A stretch of 63,229 bases of DNA, filler included, from Folioceros fuciformis (lineage: Eukaryota): NCBI GenBank assembly GCA_049999805.1. It is 8 parts of 8 records of this genome, joined end to end, with 100 filler letters (N's around TTAATTAATTAA, not from the genome) between each part and the next. Parts side by side here need not be neighbours in the genome. Positions count along the whole stretch, not along the records: positions 10,162 to 22,065 come from JBNGIO010004030.1; positions 22,166 to 34,815 come from JBNGIO010004031.1; 6 more parts are not named here. The stretch is one strand, 5' to 3'. Shown here piece by piece: positions 11,708-23,355 of this stretch (within the stretch, counting starts at the first letter, position 1; each line of letters opens with the position of its first letter). The translations under genes were made by a program, and so were the position numbers. Below the pieces are notes generated by a model. That model searched no databases, was not told the origin of the DNA, and saw only the letters and a list, made by a program, of their open reading frames with translations.

Positions 11708-13531
11708 AGGTCAGAATTCGAAATGACTAATCAAGGGCCATTGCAATTTTGTTTGGGTATCCAGATTCTCAGGGACAGATTTCAAGGTACAGTCATCCTG
11801 CACTGGACTAAGTATTTAAAGGAGATTCTAAAAAGGTTCAACTTACATGAGGCTCGTCCAGTTGCCATGCCTTCAGCAATGGGGGAAAAGCTAACCCTTG
11901 AGCAGTCCCCTCAAACTGCTAAGGAGGAGTCGGATATGCTTGGAGTATCTTTTGCTGAAGCCGGGGATTGCCTAATTTTTCTTGCTGATTGGACGAAGCC
12001 TAACATCAGCTATTCCGTGAGTATGGTCTCTCAATTCTTGAAGAACCTTGGCATATCTCACTGGGCAGCAGTTAAGTGTATCATTACCTGCGTGGAACCT
12101 TGAGTTATGGATTACACTATACAAGCAATGGCAGTAGAGAATTTTAACTTACTTCTTTTGCCGATGCAGACAGGGCCTCGGATGCAAATTCTCACAAGAG
12201 CTTGTCAACTTATGCATGCCTGCTAGCCTCAGGTTCTATCAGTTGGTTCTGCAAAAAACAAACGTCGTTAGCTCTATCATCCACAAAGGCTGAGTATAAG
12301 GCCTTGACATAGGCTTGCAAGGAGATAGAGTGGGAGCGTCAATTTCTTGAGTCCCTTCACTTACCTCAGCCTGAACCAACTGATCTGCTTTGTGACAACA
12401 TGTCTGCCATTGCCTTGGTCTCCAACCCTTGCTTTCATGCCCGTACCAAACACATTGAGTTGTACACATTAGGGATGTGGCAGAATGAGGACTTGTCAAG
12501 GTGCAGTATGTTAACACAAATGAGAATACAGCTGATTTGTTTACTGAAGGTCTGTCCAGACAAAAACACTTCAAACACTTGGTAGCCTTGGGGTTGAGGG
12601 AGTTTGTCTTACCTACTCCTACTAGCTCCTAGAAGTCTATCTACTGTAGTCTAGGGACAACACAGACCTAGTACTCCCAAGCTACAGCTGTGTTCATTGT
12701 CTTTGTGCTGTGTCCTTCCCTACAAGTGTACAATAGTGTGCTAGCTCAAAGACAGTTTAGTGGATGAAGCTTATCGACAACAATCCAATCGTGGGCTGTC
12801 TTCAATAGGCTTACCTCTCTTCAACGCGGAGTAAACTGTATGGCCTTCCTTCATCGACTTAGCCGACATAGCCGAGCTTCTCCAGCTCACTAACCAGCAC
12901 ACTTACTTCAATATCTACTAGTGGGGGCGAGCATGTGTCTCTAGCTGGAGTAGTTGCGACTAGTTTATGCACTTCCAAAGTTTTGGCCTTGGCAGACTTC
13001 AGCATTTCTTCGAGCTTCTCGCATGCTTTCTTTGTCAGAAGGAGGTGCTTGATTAGGGTTCTATCTGCCTGCGATGGCCAGCAGTTCCTCTTCAGCTTCT
13101 CCTCGTTGGTTATGGTACTCCCTTCCTCACACTTTTCTCTTGGTCTCTTCTGGCTGCTAAGGGCTCCGTTGCGCGACCAAGTCATTATGTCCCACAGCGC
13201 AGCTCCAATAGCGATGGCAATGCCCAAAGTGACCAGTGCAAGGGGGCTAGATGTCTCCATGTTTCACAGTCTTCTCGCACCCTGCCTGCGAAGCTTAAGC
13301 GCCGAACACAGTCTCCGCGTGTGCGTACAATTAATCCTCCGGGTTTAACCTGTTTGATTAAGAGGGGTGTTAGGGTTTATGTTAACCCCGGTTAGTTAAC
13401 CTCACAGGTTAGGTTAGTTTGCTTAACCTAAGATTTACTCAAGACTATATAAGACTATTATTTATTATTGAACATTTTTACCTTTGATATACAACATCTT
13501 TTGTGTTTTGTGTCTTCTCTACACTTTATCA
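11708..13531 (+). mobile_element. Third Copia element, 3' part: RT C-terminus and RNase H pseudogene, long 3' region, PPT and 3' LTR 13368-13531
   Basis: FEMTNQGPLQFCLGIQI, HWAAVK, HARTKHIE; PPT AAGAGGGG before TGTTAGGG...TTATCA; LTR differs from those at 5468 and 6203. Confidence 0.88.
12859..13260 (-). CDS. Antisense accessory ORF (133 aa) in the Copia 3' region; hydrophobic N-terminal segment, helical C-terminus
   Basis: ATG-initiated open frame METSSPLALVTLGIAIAIGAALW...; starts about 100 nt from the PPT and 3' LTR. Confidence 0.5.
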   Translation of the reverse strand: METSSPLALVTLGIAIAIGAALWDIMTWSRNGALSSQKRPREKCEEGSTITNEEKLKRNCWPSQADRTLIKHLLLTKKACEKLEEMLKSAKAKTLEVHKLVATTPARDTCSPPLVDIEVSVLVSELEKLGYVG

Positions 13532-14655
13532 GGCATAACTTGCTTGAACAAGCCGCCCTGTCCCCTATCACACGTGCCCATGTAGCTGCATCATCCAACT
13601 TGACAACCTCCAACATATGTTTGGCTATGGCACTAGGTGGAACTAGTTCTCTGCCAAACAAGAGGAAGTAAGGGGAAAAATGGGCAAGAGCAGCATGTTT
13701 GCTTATGCGGTAGCCCATTGCAATGTAGGGAAGCATGAGGTTCCAATCTATCTTGGGCTATCAAAGACACAACTTGCGAAGCCCCTTCTTAATAGTCTGG
13801 ACCATCTGTTCAGCCAGACCATCAGCCTGTGGGTGGTTCCAGCTGGTCCTCTTTTGGTCAATAAGGGTTGCATCCATCAGATCCTAGAGTTCTCCTCAAA
13901 ACTTGGAACCCTAATCTTTAAGACACATTGCGCAATGTAGAAATGCTTTTGAGGTGCTCCTATAAGTCTTCTTTGGCGCGGCAACAATCTCCACCCACTT
14001 GCTCAAGTGCTCCATCATGATCATGGCATAAAGATTGCCTCGTGGGGTCTGTGGAAGCTCACCCAACATATCACAAGATGTGGTGGAAAGAATCCGGGGA
14101 CACCCAGGGGCTTCCCTCTAGCGGCCACACCTATCCCGCTGTCGTGTAGTCTAGCAGGTTTCGTTCCCTCGAAGGAGGGCCTGTCCTAGTTGTGTGTGTG
14201 CGACTCTATTCGTACCTTTCTTCTACCGCGACCCTCGCGAACCTGAATACACCTCCTACCTGCCAAACACGCCTCTGCTGTCGGCGACTCACTCCAGTAG
14301 GACACCCACGAGTGTGCGTGCGAAACACGGCACCTCACACCCAGGCGTCTGGGCCGTCACGATCCCCACCAAGCTACCAGGCGCTGCAGACGACGCAGCC
14401 GGCAGGAGCGCACTTGTTGGAACACGAACAAGTGTGCTCAGGCTTGGTAAGAAACAAAGACCAACCACTTTATCTCTTGAGCCCTATGACTCTTATAGAG
14501 TTCCTGGCTACTGTCGGTTGGGTTGGTTGATCGGGTAGGCAGCAATTGATGGTCCCTCACCTGCTACAGCGCTTAAGCGCATTAAACAGTGTCTTTAAAC
14601 GCTTAAACCACCCCTCCTACCACGTCTATCCTAACTACCCAACTCTATTGGGGAT

Positions 14656-15295
14656 GCTTCGGTGGTTCGAATGGGCAGGTCAAAATGGCAATCTTTGCAT
14701 CCTCTAGCCTACCACCAACTTTTCCTTCAACCTTAATCAAGTCAAGGTTGACATCACGTCTCTCCAAATCCGCCACAGCAAGCACAGCTTTCACTGCAAT
14801 TTCCGCCGGCATCCGTTTGCACCTACCCACTATCTTGGAAAATAGCGTCGTCATGCACGTCTGAATGAGAGGCTCAGCATTATCTGCACTGAAGTCAGAC
14901 TTGTGCGCGATGTGATTCAAGTGCTCAGTGTCGACCTTAGACGCTATCTCATACCCCTCAGCGATCCCAATGGGGCGGATGCCCTGATCTAGTAGCTCTT
15001 CTGCCTGCTCCAAGAGTGTATCTGCTGTAACTACAACTCCAGTTGTGTCGTCACCAATCTCAAAATCCTGACCTTTCAAAAGCTTGACCATCAGCTTCCC
15101 AATTTGATTCTCAACCTCCCTCTGCTCAAGTATTGTAGCCCCATCGTTTGTCACAGTGACATCGCCGTCCGGGCTCTGCAGCATCTTGTCCATGCCCTTG
15201 GGGCCGAGCGAGGTTCTCAGAATCTTGGCCACGGAATGAGTTGCCAAAATGTTGGCCTTTTGGGCATCCAACCCTTGCAGGCGAGCCTTCTGCTC
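14656..15295 (-). pseudogene. CCT5: Intron-free fragment of T-complex protein 1 subunit epsilon
   Basis: [67 protein letters not shown]; degenerate motifs and an internal deletion. Confidence 0.9.
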
Positions 15296-15604
15296 NNNNN
15301 NNNNNNNNNNNNNNNNNNNNNNNNNNNNNNNNNNNNNNNNNNNNNNNNNNNNNNNNNNNNNNNNNNNNNNNNNNNNNNNNNNNNNNNNNNNNNNNCTGCC
15401 GCTCAAGCTCCAGGCTGCGCTCGCGCTTGCTGAAGGCCTCCCACTCCCGTTCCCGCTGCAGGCTCCGCAGCTGCTCCTCCTCGCCCAAGCTCTCAGCAAC
15501 GGCGGCGCGTTCCCCCGTCCCTGTCCGAACGCCCAACGTTTCTCCCCATCCGCTGTTGATCCACCAGCCAGGCCGGTTGGACCAACCCGCCGGCCTCCTA
15601 TACC

Positions 15605-15790
15605 ACCGACCTGCTACTCACCAGCGTCTTCAGCACCGTATGGCCCGTAAGTCCCTGCATTGCATGCCGCGACCCGTCCTCATCCACCACCGTCAGCCGC
15701 AGCGTCCGATCCGCCACCTTGCACGACCCGCTCCGACTCCGGCTGCTGGAGCCGGCTATCGCCGAGCTCCCCATCCATCGCGCAGGCCTA
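15605..15790 (-). pseudogene. N-terminal fragment of a mitochondrial complex I-associated ferredoxin-like protein
   Basis: KVADRTLRLTVVDEDGSRHAMQGLTGHTVLKTL resembles the plant C1-ferredoxin N-terminus (KVADR.V.L...D.DG....I.GL.G.TLL.AL). Confidence 0.65.
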
Positions 15791-16039
15791 GCAGCTGCGT
15801 CCCATACTCCTCCTCGCTCGCGCTGCCTGCAAGAACGGGCTACCAGAACCTTCCTAGAAGAAGCCTCTCCTCCATCTCCAGAAAACCGCAAAGAAAGGGC
15901 CTTCTACCCCCGCTCCAAGAAGAGGCCTGATGTGGCCCTTCCGCCGTTAGGACAAAATGCTGCTGTGCGCGGTGCCCCCGCCACCAAGCCCTCCCGAGTT
16001 CTGGGAGCCGCCGCTGGCCGCATTCTGGGGTCGCCGTGC

Positions 16040-16535
16040 TGCCTGTAACATGGGAGGCTTCACCATCTGCTTCAGGTCATTGGTGTAGGCCTTCACTTCA
16101 TTTAGTTCTTGCTCCTTTGATGCTAGCTTAACAATCATAGCACCCTCTCTCCGTTTACTGAGCAACACCTGTTCTTTCATCTGGCGTTCAGAGTTGCTAA
16201 GGCGCTGCAATTCCTGCACAACCGCTTCAGGTTCTGGGGCAGAACCAACCGACATGAAAGGCTCATCGCGAAAGGCCGCATGCCATCGCTCAAGGTTTGC
16301 TGTTGTGGAATCGAGAGTTCCCTGCAAAGACTTGATTGCAGATTCTCGATCAGCAAGGCTGGCTCGCAGATTAAGGATCGTGGTGGTAGCATGATCAGGA
16401 GCTGCACCAGGTGAACCACCGTAGGTCTTTTTCGCGGGGTATATCTCTTCATCCTCATCATCAAGCTCCGAGAAGGCTCTCTTTCCACCTTTGTTATCAT
16501 CGCATCGTCTCCACCAAAGTCAAAATCATCCGTCC
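16040..16535 (-). pseudogene. FIP37: Intron-free N-terminal fragment of FIP37 (WTAP orthologue, m6A writer subunit)
   Basis: DDFDFGGDD...GGKRAFSELDDEDEEI...ATTTILNLRASL...WHAAFRDEPF..G.APEPE...KEQE..E.K...DLKQMVKP.MLQA; one frameshift; stops before RRLLLDPA. Confidence 0.85.
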
Positions 16536-19500
16536 AACCACTCCCGGCTTCCAAAAAAAAGCGCAATCCTGCCAAACCTCAGATCCCATCTTCCGCCACT
16601 ATGGCTCAATCCACCTCAGCGTCAGGGGCTGCCATCCGTCACCACCTTCTTCGGCAATCACCAACTCTTGCCCTGCACGTCAACAAATTTTACCTCCGCC
16701 CTTGCCTCCGTTTATTTTCCAAGAACAAATGCCAGCTCAGTCTCCAAGCGCGCTCCCGCTTCATTTCGCCTTTTCCTAACCTTCATCACCGTCTCCACAA
16801 CAACCGCCTCCATAGACCACCCCAGTCCCCAAAGATTGAGAGCTCACACAAGACCATCTGAAAAATAAGCCCATGATGGGCAAGGGGTGCAGCTCTGGGT
16901 GCTGCATGTTGAAGGATGCCTTGACACGGTCACATTGCTCGTAGCAGGCTACTTGCTCCCTCACCTATCCATGCATGCGATGCCAATAAAAATAAGGAGT
17001 CAATAGGTTGTAGGTGCGTTTGACCCCAAAATGTCCCATGTCATCATGCACCCTACTGACGGGGGCAACACGATATGCTGGGGGGTACCAATCGCTCCAC
17101 TCCTTGGGCCTATTTACGGATGAGGTATCCATCTCGCCAACAGTACTTGGCAGCTTGCTGGTGAACGTGTTCCTTTGTGGCCCTAGTCCATGTGGGGTCC
17201 TCTTGACCTGTCTGCACATATTGAAGAGTGGTAGGATCTTCCTAAATGTCCTTGGAGGACTGTTGATTTGTACCCACAAACACCTGTCCCAAACGAGTCA
17301 TGGCCACTAAGGTAGATACTGCAAACATAGTGTTGTCCTCATCATTCTGGTGAGCCCCAGTGGTATCCACAAAGCTGTTGTTAGGATTTCGTGATAGTGT
17401 ATAAGCATTTTGGTGCTTTACTCGTGGCCGATGTTCAACCTAGAATTCATAGTCTTGCAGAATCATGGCCCAACGTGCGAGCTCCCACTGAGCTTGGTGT
17501 TGGTCATCAGCCACTGAAGTGGCTGATGGTCTGTTACCAACGAGAACTTCTGGCCATATAAATATGGCCTGAAGTAGCATACAGCCCACACAGTAGCAAG
17601 GCATTCACCTTCGTAGCTATTGTAGTTGGCTTCAGCTCTGTTGTTGCTGCTTGAGGCATAAGCAACCACAAGCTCATGCCGTGCTTCATCTTGCTAAGCC
17701 AAAATAGCCCCCCGCCCTAGACTACTCCAATTTGTGTGGCCTATGAAGGGCTTACTGAAATAAGGCTTGGCAAGTATTGGTGCAGTGGTCAGCTCCAACT
17801 TCAAAGTGTCAAAAGCCTATTGTGCCTGTTCAACCCATGTCCACTCTACGTCCTTGCGCAGCAAATCATCAAGAGGCTTGGCAATCCTAATGAAATTGGG
17901 TGTATATACCCAATAGTAATTGCACAACCCCAAAAATGCATGCAAGGCTGATACTTTGGTTGGCTCCTTGACCTGCATAATTGCCTGGACCTTGGTAGCA
18001 TTTGGAGTGACACCATTAGGAACAATTCTATGGCCCAGATACGCCACAATGCTCATGCCAAACTCACACTTGGTTGGGTGGCATGTGAGCTGTGCCTTTT
18101 GTAGTCTCACAAACAGGTCTTCCAAGTGTGCCAGATGATCCTCGAAGTCCATACTGTGGACTAGCACATTGTCAATGTAACACATGAGATAGCTGGCTCC
18201 AGCCAACACTATGTCCATGACACGCTGAAAGGTCACCGGTGCCTTCTTGAATCCAAAGGGCATCACTAGCCATTCCCATAGCTGATTAGAGCCATGGAAG
18301 GCTGTCTTCTTGATGTCTTCATCTGCCACTAGAACCCTGTTAAACCCCTATCAAAGGTCTAATGTGGAGAAGAATATAGACTGTCCAATGCAGTCAAAAA
18401 TATCCTCTGGCGACGGCATTGGGTACCGATCCATGGCAGTTACTGCATTGATGGGCCTGTAATTGCCACACATTTGAGTCCACAGACCTTGGCTGTCCTT
18501 CTTGGGTGGCATCACGGTGGCAGCAGCATAGTCACTATTAGACGTATTAGGCTTGCCTCATACAGATCCTTGCATCTTGCACCCACCATGTCCTATTCTA
18601 TCTTACTCAACCTGTACTAGCGCCTATATACATGCTCCTGAGTGGTCAGGTTGATGCGAAAGGTTATGACATTGCACATCTTGAGCTCACGCATGGAAAA
18701 GGCAAAATAATCCATGTACTTAAGCAACAAGTTATGAATGCGGTCCTGCTGCCCCAGGCTTAGTTCTGAGCCCATCTTCCAAGGAAAATTAGTAGCAAAT
18801 ACCTTGGCTCTTGGATCCTCCTATTATGCTTTGGCTTGGTCAGATGTTGAAAAAGCAGCACATGATGCCAATATTGCATACTCCACCCCCCTAGCATCTG
18901 ACAAGAAAGGCAAATGTGTATAGCCTGGAAAGGGAAGATGAACAACAGCTTTGGGGCACATGCTGGTGAACAAGCTTGGGAGAAGCACAGGAATGACCTG
19001 GGCGTGCAGCTGGAAGGCAAGGCACATACTCACCAGCTAAGTAATGGCGTGGAGGTCCATGGCTCGGCCTAGTGCGCCCTTGCGCTGCCAATTGGTGACT
19101 GTGGGAGCAGCAGTGCAATGGGTTTGATCACCTGAGAACCTTTGGCAGTCCTCCGGTCCGAAGGCACAAGCAGTGATCTTACTCGAACAGAGAATCTCTG
19201 CAGAGTGTCATGCACGTTTAGTTGAATATGGTTGCTTTGTTGCATTCACAGTTTGGTAGCAACCCTAAGCATTTTGTCATTTGCCGCATAGCACCCAGTG
19301 GTGCCCTTGATGAAGCCTCGTGTAAGACCAAGAAAGTGCGACCCCATATTTGCGAACGACGACAATGTTACCAAGAGGCTAAGACCAAGACCATGATTGT
19401 GGAAACAAATGGGGTTGATGAGAGACCAACTTGAAGTCCTATATGAGATGGCCAGACTCCAAAAACATGTAGACGGGCAAGGGACTAGGACTCTATCTAT

Positions 19501-20374
19501 GCACTAAGGCCTATGAGCACAATTAAAAATCAAGGAGCACAAAAAGCATTATATTATGAGAATTACCATGTACCTGCCCGACTGTTTTATGTAGCGGAGT
19601 TTGGAAGCATGCCGTGAGGCAACACCATTGCCAAATGGCACGAGCAATGTTTGGTTGGGAAATGAACAAGGAATTTGAAATGGAGGCTTTAGGTGGTGCC
19701 ACAACCTGGAAATTGCAGGTATAGTAGGTTAGGCTACTTGAGCGTACAAGGATTTGCTCTCTTGCTTCAGGGGCGATTCCCCCTTTTGTACAAGTGTGGG
19801 GGTGGTGGCCAAGAAGGTTGCACCCAACTATTCGTCTACCTAAAACTAATTCCAGTTTCGGGATCCTACTTGACTGCCTACCTAGTGGGTAGTTACAGAA
19901 TTGCTAGTCTTGCCAACATAACGGTTTGAATAGCCACTGGTCTAAATATCAGTAAATAACGAATAACTTAATAACCAAAAATTAGCAAATAACCAAATAA
20001 TAGCGAATAGTGGATTAACAATTACGAAATCAAATGACTCATCTTTATAGCAGCCAGATGAGGCGAATAATGAATGATCAGATGGCGTTTCGAACACGGT
20101 ACCTTGTTCGTGTGCCCTAGCTCTTGATCTAGCCGAGTCTGTCACTGTTGTGACATCCTCCTCAAAATGGCGCAGGCAATGTTTGGGCAGGAAATGAATG
20201 AGGAATTTGAAATGGAGTCTTTGGGTGGTCATTGACCATGCGGTCCTTATTGACTCAGATCCTCCACACTCGAGCGCCACACCACGTCATTGCCAAGTAC
20301 AACTCGCGCACGGACGGCAAGGAAATTGTCAATATCTACAGTTTGAACCAGCGACGAGCCTCGCTTTAACCTAG

Positions 20375-21689
20375 TGTGGAGGAAAATGTTGTGTCTGAGG
20401 ACATCGTGAGGCCCACACAAACCCTCTATGTCGTTGTAGCCATGGGATTTGATCCCCTAGGGAATGATTTGTGCCAAGTAACACGGGTTCCTCCTAATAC
20501 TGACTCTTACCTAGGTCAAGCCTTACCTACTATCAATTCTTCTACTGACTACCCCCTTCCACTACCCCTCAATTAGTCTAGCTATCGCAAAACCTACTCT
20601 ACGACTCTGGTCCCTACTCTATGACCGCTAACGTGGCCTCTAGTAGCTTCCACAATCATGGTGGGTCCCACCCGATACCCTAACTAATTATGTTCTGGCG
20701 CCTACGTCGCCGCAAGTTCCTCCACGGGGTTCTACCCAGAACTCTAAGATTCGCAGGTCAGGGCTTATTGAGTACTTTTCACACATAAAGATGCTAACCC
20801 CCGGACAACCAGGTCTTGCAGATTAGCCACACCCCACATTCACATCCCCATAGCACTTCCATCCGATGCAAAACGCACTAGGTCTCGGGTGTACACATAC
20901 TCCTTACCAACCCGTCTCAAGTACCGTCAATTGCCAGCCAGGTCCACGTACTTCCAACCAGGCTTCATCAATCTACCGGGGCTTCCTTCAACCTCCCCTT
21001 GACTCACCGCAGCCCACAGTTCAGGAAATAAGGGAAGGAGGGATCCTCCTTCCACTCCGCGTAGTGGGCGGATTCGTCTCCCTCACTGTAGCTTACACCC
21101 AAGCAGTCTTCCACTCTCCTCACTCCTTCACCTCCTTTGTCTCCAGCTCCACACTCCTTCTCACTTCACTCACTTCTTCTTCTCACACACACTTTGCTAC
21201 TAAGTCCAGGATGCAACTAACAGTCGGGGAATAAGGGAAGGAGAAACTCCCCCTCCACTCCGTGCAGGGGTTAGATTCGTTCCCCTCTCCTCAGCCACAA
21301 CCCACAATCAGTCCCCACTTTCACTCACTTCTTAATACTGGATTTGAAATGCAATTTAAGGGTCAGGGAATAAGGGAAGTAGGCGCCCCTCCTTCCGCTC
21401 CACTTACGAGCGGATTTGTCCCCCTCACCTCAACCACAAACCATAGTTCAGTCGTTTTGGGGAATAAGGGAAGGAGCGATTCTCCTTCCACGCAGCGAGG
21501 TTGGCGGATTCGTCCCCCTTCACTCCCTACCGTGGAGCACAATGAATGCTCCTAGGAATAAGGGAAGGCAACCTTCCACTCGATAGGTACCCCCGCCGAT
21601 TCATTCCCGTCACCAGCCGATGTGGAGCAAAGAAAAATGGACACCTCTCCTTCAGGAGCACCGCATGCCCGTTTCCACCTACATCCCTC
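20375..21689 (-). mobile_element. Family B long LTR fragment containing five hairpin-forming repeats
   Basis: TGTGG terminus at 20375; homologous to 11291-11707; cut by another LTR starting at 21690. Confidence 0.75.
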
Positions 21690-22065
21690 TGTGAACCTCC
21701 AAAGTTTGGCGTAGTAGTTTGTTTTGGTTGAAAAAGGGTTAATAGTGGTATGGTTTGGTTTTCTTTTTCAACTTATTTTCCCTAATTTTCCTTGATTTTT
21801 TGATCATTTTTCCTATTTTTCTTTGTGCTAATTAGGTTAATTGACCAGGAAATAGTTGGTTTGGTTATAAGAGTGGGTATAGGTTTGGTCCCAGACCTGG
21901 GAAGGTTTAGGTTCGGTACCAGGCCATAGGGTTGGGTGATTAGTTTAATATTAATTAAAGATATATAATATTAAATGATTGAATAATAATATTATTATTA
22001 ATATTAAATAATAATAATATAATAAAATAAGGGTTTGAACATAGGAACGGGTATCTGGGTATGTC
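21690..22065 (+). mobile_element. 5' end of a nested Athila-type LTR
   Basis: Begins TGTGAACCTCCAAAGTTTGGCGTAGTAG, the same terminus as 10162-10190 (minus) and similar to 16848 (minus). Confidence 0.7.
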
Positions 22066-22165
22066 NNNNNNNNNNNNNNNNNNNNNNNNNNNNNNNNNNN
22101 NNNNNNNNNTTAATTAATTAANNNNNNNNNNNNNNNNNNNNNNNNNNNNNNNNNNNNNNNNNNNN

Positions 22166-22420
22166 GGATTGATGGATCTCTATATGATTAGTTTTAGAGT
22201 GCGAGCAAATTCATCCATCCTTAGATATGCAACCCAATCACCAAGCTAAAGGATTGATGGATCTCTATATGATTAGTTTTAGAGTGCGAGCAAATTCATC
22301 CATCCTTAGATATGCAACCCAATCACCAAGCTAATGGATTGATGGATCTCTATATGATTAGTTTTAGAGTGCGAGCAAATTCATCCATCCTTAGATATGC
22401 AACCCAATCACCAAGCTAAT
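22166..22420. repeat. Tandem repeat, 85-bp unit, 3 near-identical copies, at the contig edge
   Basis: Units start at 22166, 22251 and 22336. Confidence 0.95.
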
Positions 22421-23031
22421 CTATTCTAGGTAGGTAGATCTAAGTATGATTAACTCTAGCACTTATGGACTGCTAGCCCCATCACGGGTAGGACATGCTA
22501 TTGCCATAATTAGCATATGCCATGGCCGGACCAATTACTTTCAGCATGTCCATTAAGGCAATGAGGTCTACTAGATCTTGAGTTGCTTTGATTCACTACG
22601 ATGGAGCTCTAACTTAGTGAACTTTCTATCAAGCATTTTGGAGCTGCATGTTTACCAGATCTTAAGTTGCTTTGATTCATTGTGATGGCTCTAACTTGGT
22701 GAACTCTTTGTCAAGTATTTTTGGGTTGATGTTCCCAATGTGTAATTAAGAGTGCTTCTTAGGGTTAAATGTTCATGCCAACGACACCTTCATGGCCTTC
22801 ATAGTGCAAAGAGAGCATGGAATCAATCATTCTCTTAGCATGCAACTTGCATCCAAGGCCTTCCTAGTGCAATGAGAGCATGGAAACGATCATTCTCTTA
22901 ACATGCAACTTGCATCCAAGGCTGTAGACAGTGAGGAAAGGTGGTGAGAAGCTAGAGGCCATGAAGCATGTACCACCATTGAGTGCAGGAAAACCTAGAC
23001 ACTAATCATGTGATTGCAAGGCCACAAAAAG

Positions 23032-23355
23032 CGTGGACAAGGTTTGAATCGAGAGTAGGCTTTGCTTGTGTGGACAAGTTTGAATCGAGAGCAGATTTTG
23101 TTTGTGTGGACAAGGTTTGAATCGAAAACAGGCTTTGTTTGTATGGACAAGGTTTGAATCGAGAACAGGCTTTGTTTGTGTCGACAAGTTTGAATCGAGA
23201 ACATGCTTTGTTTGTGGCTTTGATTGTGTCGACAAGTTTGAATCGAGAACATGCTTTGTTTGTGGCTTTGTTTGTGTCGACAAGTTTGAATCGAGAACAT
23301 GCTTTGTTTGTGGCTTTGTTTGTGTCGACAAGTTTGAATCGAGAACATGCTTTGT
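23032..23355. repeat. Minisatellite, about 35-48-bp units with core GACAAG(G)TTTGAATCGAGAACA.GCTTTGTTTGTG, 8 copies
   Basis: Directly visible; produces repetitive pseudo-ORFs in several frames. Confidence 0.92.

Larger units (their letters stand above)
14079..16848 (-). mobile_element. Solo-LTR-like element (TG...CA, TSD CAAGA) carrying captured host gene fragments
   Basis: TSD CAAGA at 14074-14078 and 16849-16853; removing the insert restores integrase FFRWSCDMLGELP; termini match the 3' (CCACA) and 5' (TGTGA.C...CAA..TTTGG) ends of other LTRs here; contains a 100-N gap. Confidence 0.85.
13532..18900 (-). mobile_element. pol: Ty3/Gypsy pol pseudogene (RT, RNase H, integrase), interrupted at 14079-16848; left end cut by Copia
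   Basis: KTAFHG..LWEWLVMPFGFKKAPVTFQR, YIDN, SYEGECLATVWAV, TDHQPL, HDDMGHFGVKRT, C..C, SPYFLLFGRE; RT-RH-INT order; right boundary approximate. Confidence 0.9.

Noticed and set aside
6203-13531. One complete Copia spanning the linker
   Set aside because: The 5' and 3' LTRs differ, there is no TSD, and an artificial join lies between them
14645-15499. Functional CCT5 gene
   Set aside because: Truncated, internally deleted, conserved motifs mutated, and inside a TSD-flanked insertion
21024-21620. Hammerhead ribozyme (retrozyme) in the LTR repeats
   Set aside because: No CUGANGA/GAAA core found on either strand
23032-23355. CRISPR-like array or repeat-protein ORFs
   Set aside because: Spacers are short and repetitive, no cas genes, eukaryotic context; the ORFs are by-products of a minisatellite
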